This document shows positions 62,901 to 64,000 of a stretch of DNA of 64,000 nt, one piece after another. Origin of the DNA: Ylistrum balloti (Eukaryota); NCBI RefSeq assembly GCF_031769215.1, contig NW_026781945.1:806001-870000 (forward strand), read 5' to 3'. The notes beneath the pieces are model-generated. The model was not told where the DNA came from. It saw nothing but the letters and a program-made list of their open reading frames with translations, and searched no databases. A program made the position numbers and the translations under genes. Each line of letters begins with the position of its first letter. Positions within the stretch are counted from its first letter, which is position 1.

Positions 62901-63918
62901 TTACTTGCATAACTGCTATCACTCAACTGCTGAGCAGTTAGTGAAAAAGCCAGGCAACAACAAACAGGAAAGAATGAAAATGCTGTAGAATATGCATACA
63001 TATTCCTACATCAGGTTTGAGCAAATTTTTCTGGTCAATTACAAAATTTCAGCCACCAAAATAAGTCAGATATTATGTCTAACTTGTGGTCTCTTTGGTG
63101 ACTTGAGGCGTCTGTGTTCAATGAAGAACAGAATGTATTCATTTACTGTAAAATTTATAAAAGATACATCACCTTTTTCTATGTTTTAATCAGTTTAGAA
63201 AAGTCTCAAAATATTTCAACTTCTATCAAAAAAAGCATTATCAGTAACTGAATGGTTATTTAGTGATGGATGTGTGAGAAGTATACTTACTTAGGGTGTT
63301 TACGAATGTCGTCTAATTGTCCAACAACGGTGGAAATATTACTTTTTATCATCTTAAATGCAATTTCTGTATCATCCATCAATGTAAAACTAAATCAGAC
63401 AGAGAAGAAAAATTCAAATTTAAGTTCTTCTGCACCTTAAATTATTGTATGTGAAAACAGACAAAAACAGTTCTTATTAAAAGTAAAAAATATCCTAGAG
63501 CAATCTTTTTTATTGGTTATTTTACCAGGCTAAAGTGACCAATGAATTGTAGTTCCTCCCCAAAAACTTAACCTGTAAAGTACACAGGTTCAACTGTACA
63601 GCTAAAGAAATATTTAACAAAATCAATATTCTTGAATTCTGCCTTGTTTTGTAAAGATAACTGAAGACTATTTAAGATAAAATGAGAAAGCAGAGGGCAA
63701 ATTGAAAGTATGGATATAAATGCACTATATACACTTCTCTTTTATATTATATTTTTTCTGACATTAGTGAACAAAACACACTCACTTTCAATGTATTTAT
63801 ATTAAAATAAAAACATCAAAATGTGGCCTTACCTATACTTGTTCACTGGCTTGAAATTTTTGTGAACAAGTTCAATCATTGGCTCACAATGTATGAACAA
63901 GTTTCTAGTCACCTGAGG
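59905..63918 (-). CDS. GNPTAB: N-acetylglucosamine-1-phosphotransferase alpha/beta precursor, last six coding exons (5' part outside window)
   Basis: Exons 63918-63833, 63389-63291, 61278-61224, 60958-60846, 60517-60427 and 60033-59905 are in phase. Product: ..[123 protein letters not shown]... This is the Stealth CR4 (FICLND) region plus the C-terminal TM helix, close to human GNPTAB as I recall it. Confidence 0.97.
61323..62738. repeat. 78-bp minisatellite, about 18 copies, inside a GNPTAB intron
   Basis: Unit TCTATATCTACACTACTAATGCATACTGCTGTCTAATACAGTTATTCAAGTTGTCAACAATGCCAACACTAGACAATG. It explains the 223-aa and 169-aa repeat ORFs. Confidence 0.98.
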
Positions 63919-64000
63919 CTGTGAAACAAATAAACAAACAAGTTTATATAAAATATGATAAAATACAATCTTGAGTTTGTTTGTGAAACCAGGTGATGGC

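Overview
AT-rich, intron-rich animal genomic DNA, probably a bivalve mollusc (inferred from repeat families and gene structure). Four genes could be assembled by hand with in-phase GT-AG exon chains. (1) A plus-strand calponin-homology (transgelin/myophilin-like) gene at 24119-32533 with THREE tandem paralogous ATG-bearing exons feeding four shared exons. (2) A complete 12-coding-exon SAAL1 orthologue on the minus strand (39709-48742, 538 aa). (3) An intronless two-KH-domain gene (49168-49815) head-to-head with SAAL1. (4) The last six coding exons of GNPTAB (minus strand, 59905-63918; the gene continues beyond the window). Two weaker minus-strand models were found: a 59-aa five-exon ORF behind a TATA box, and a CUB-like exon chain. 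The rest is decayed Penelope-like (Naiad-type) RT remnants, two of which form a 1.3-kb fold-back, modular AACAAG-type interspersed repeats, and several minisatellites that explain the longest ORFs in the track. No rRNA, tRNA or CRISPR array was seen. All homology calls come from recognising motifs from memory, not from database searches.
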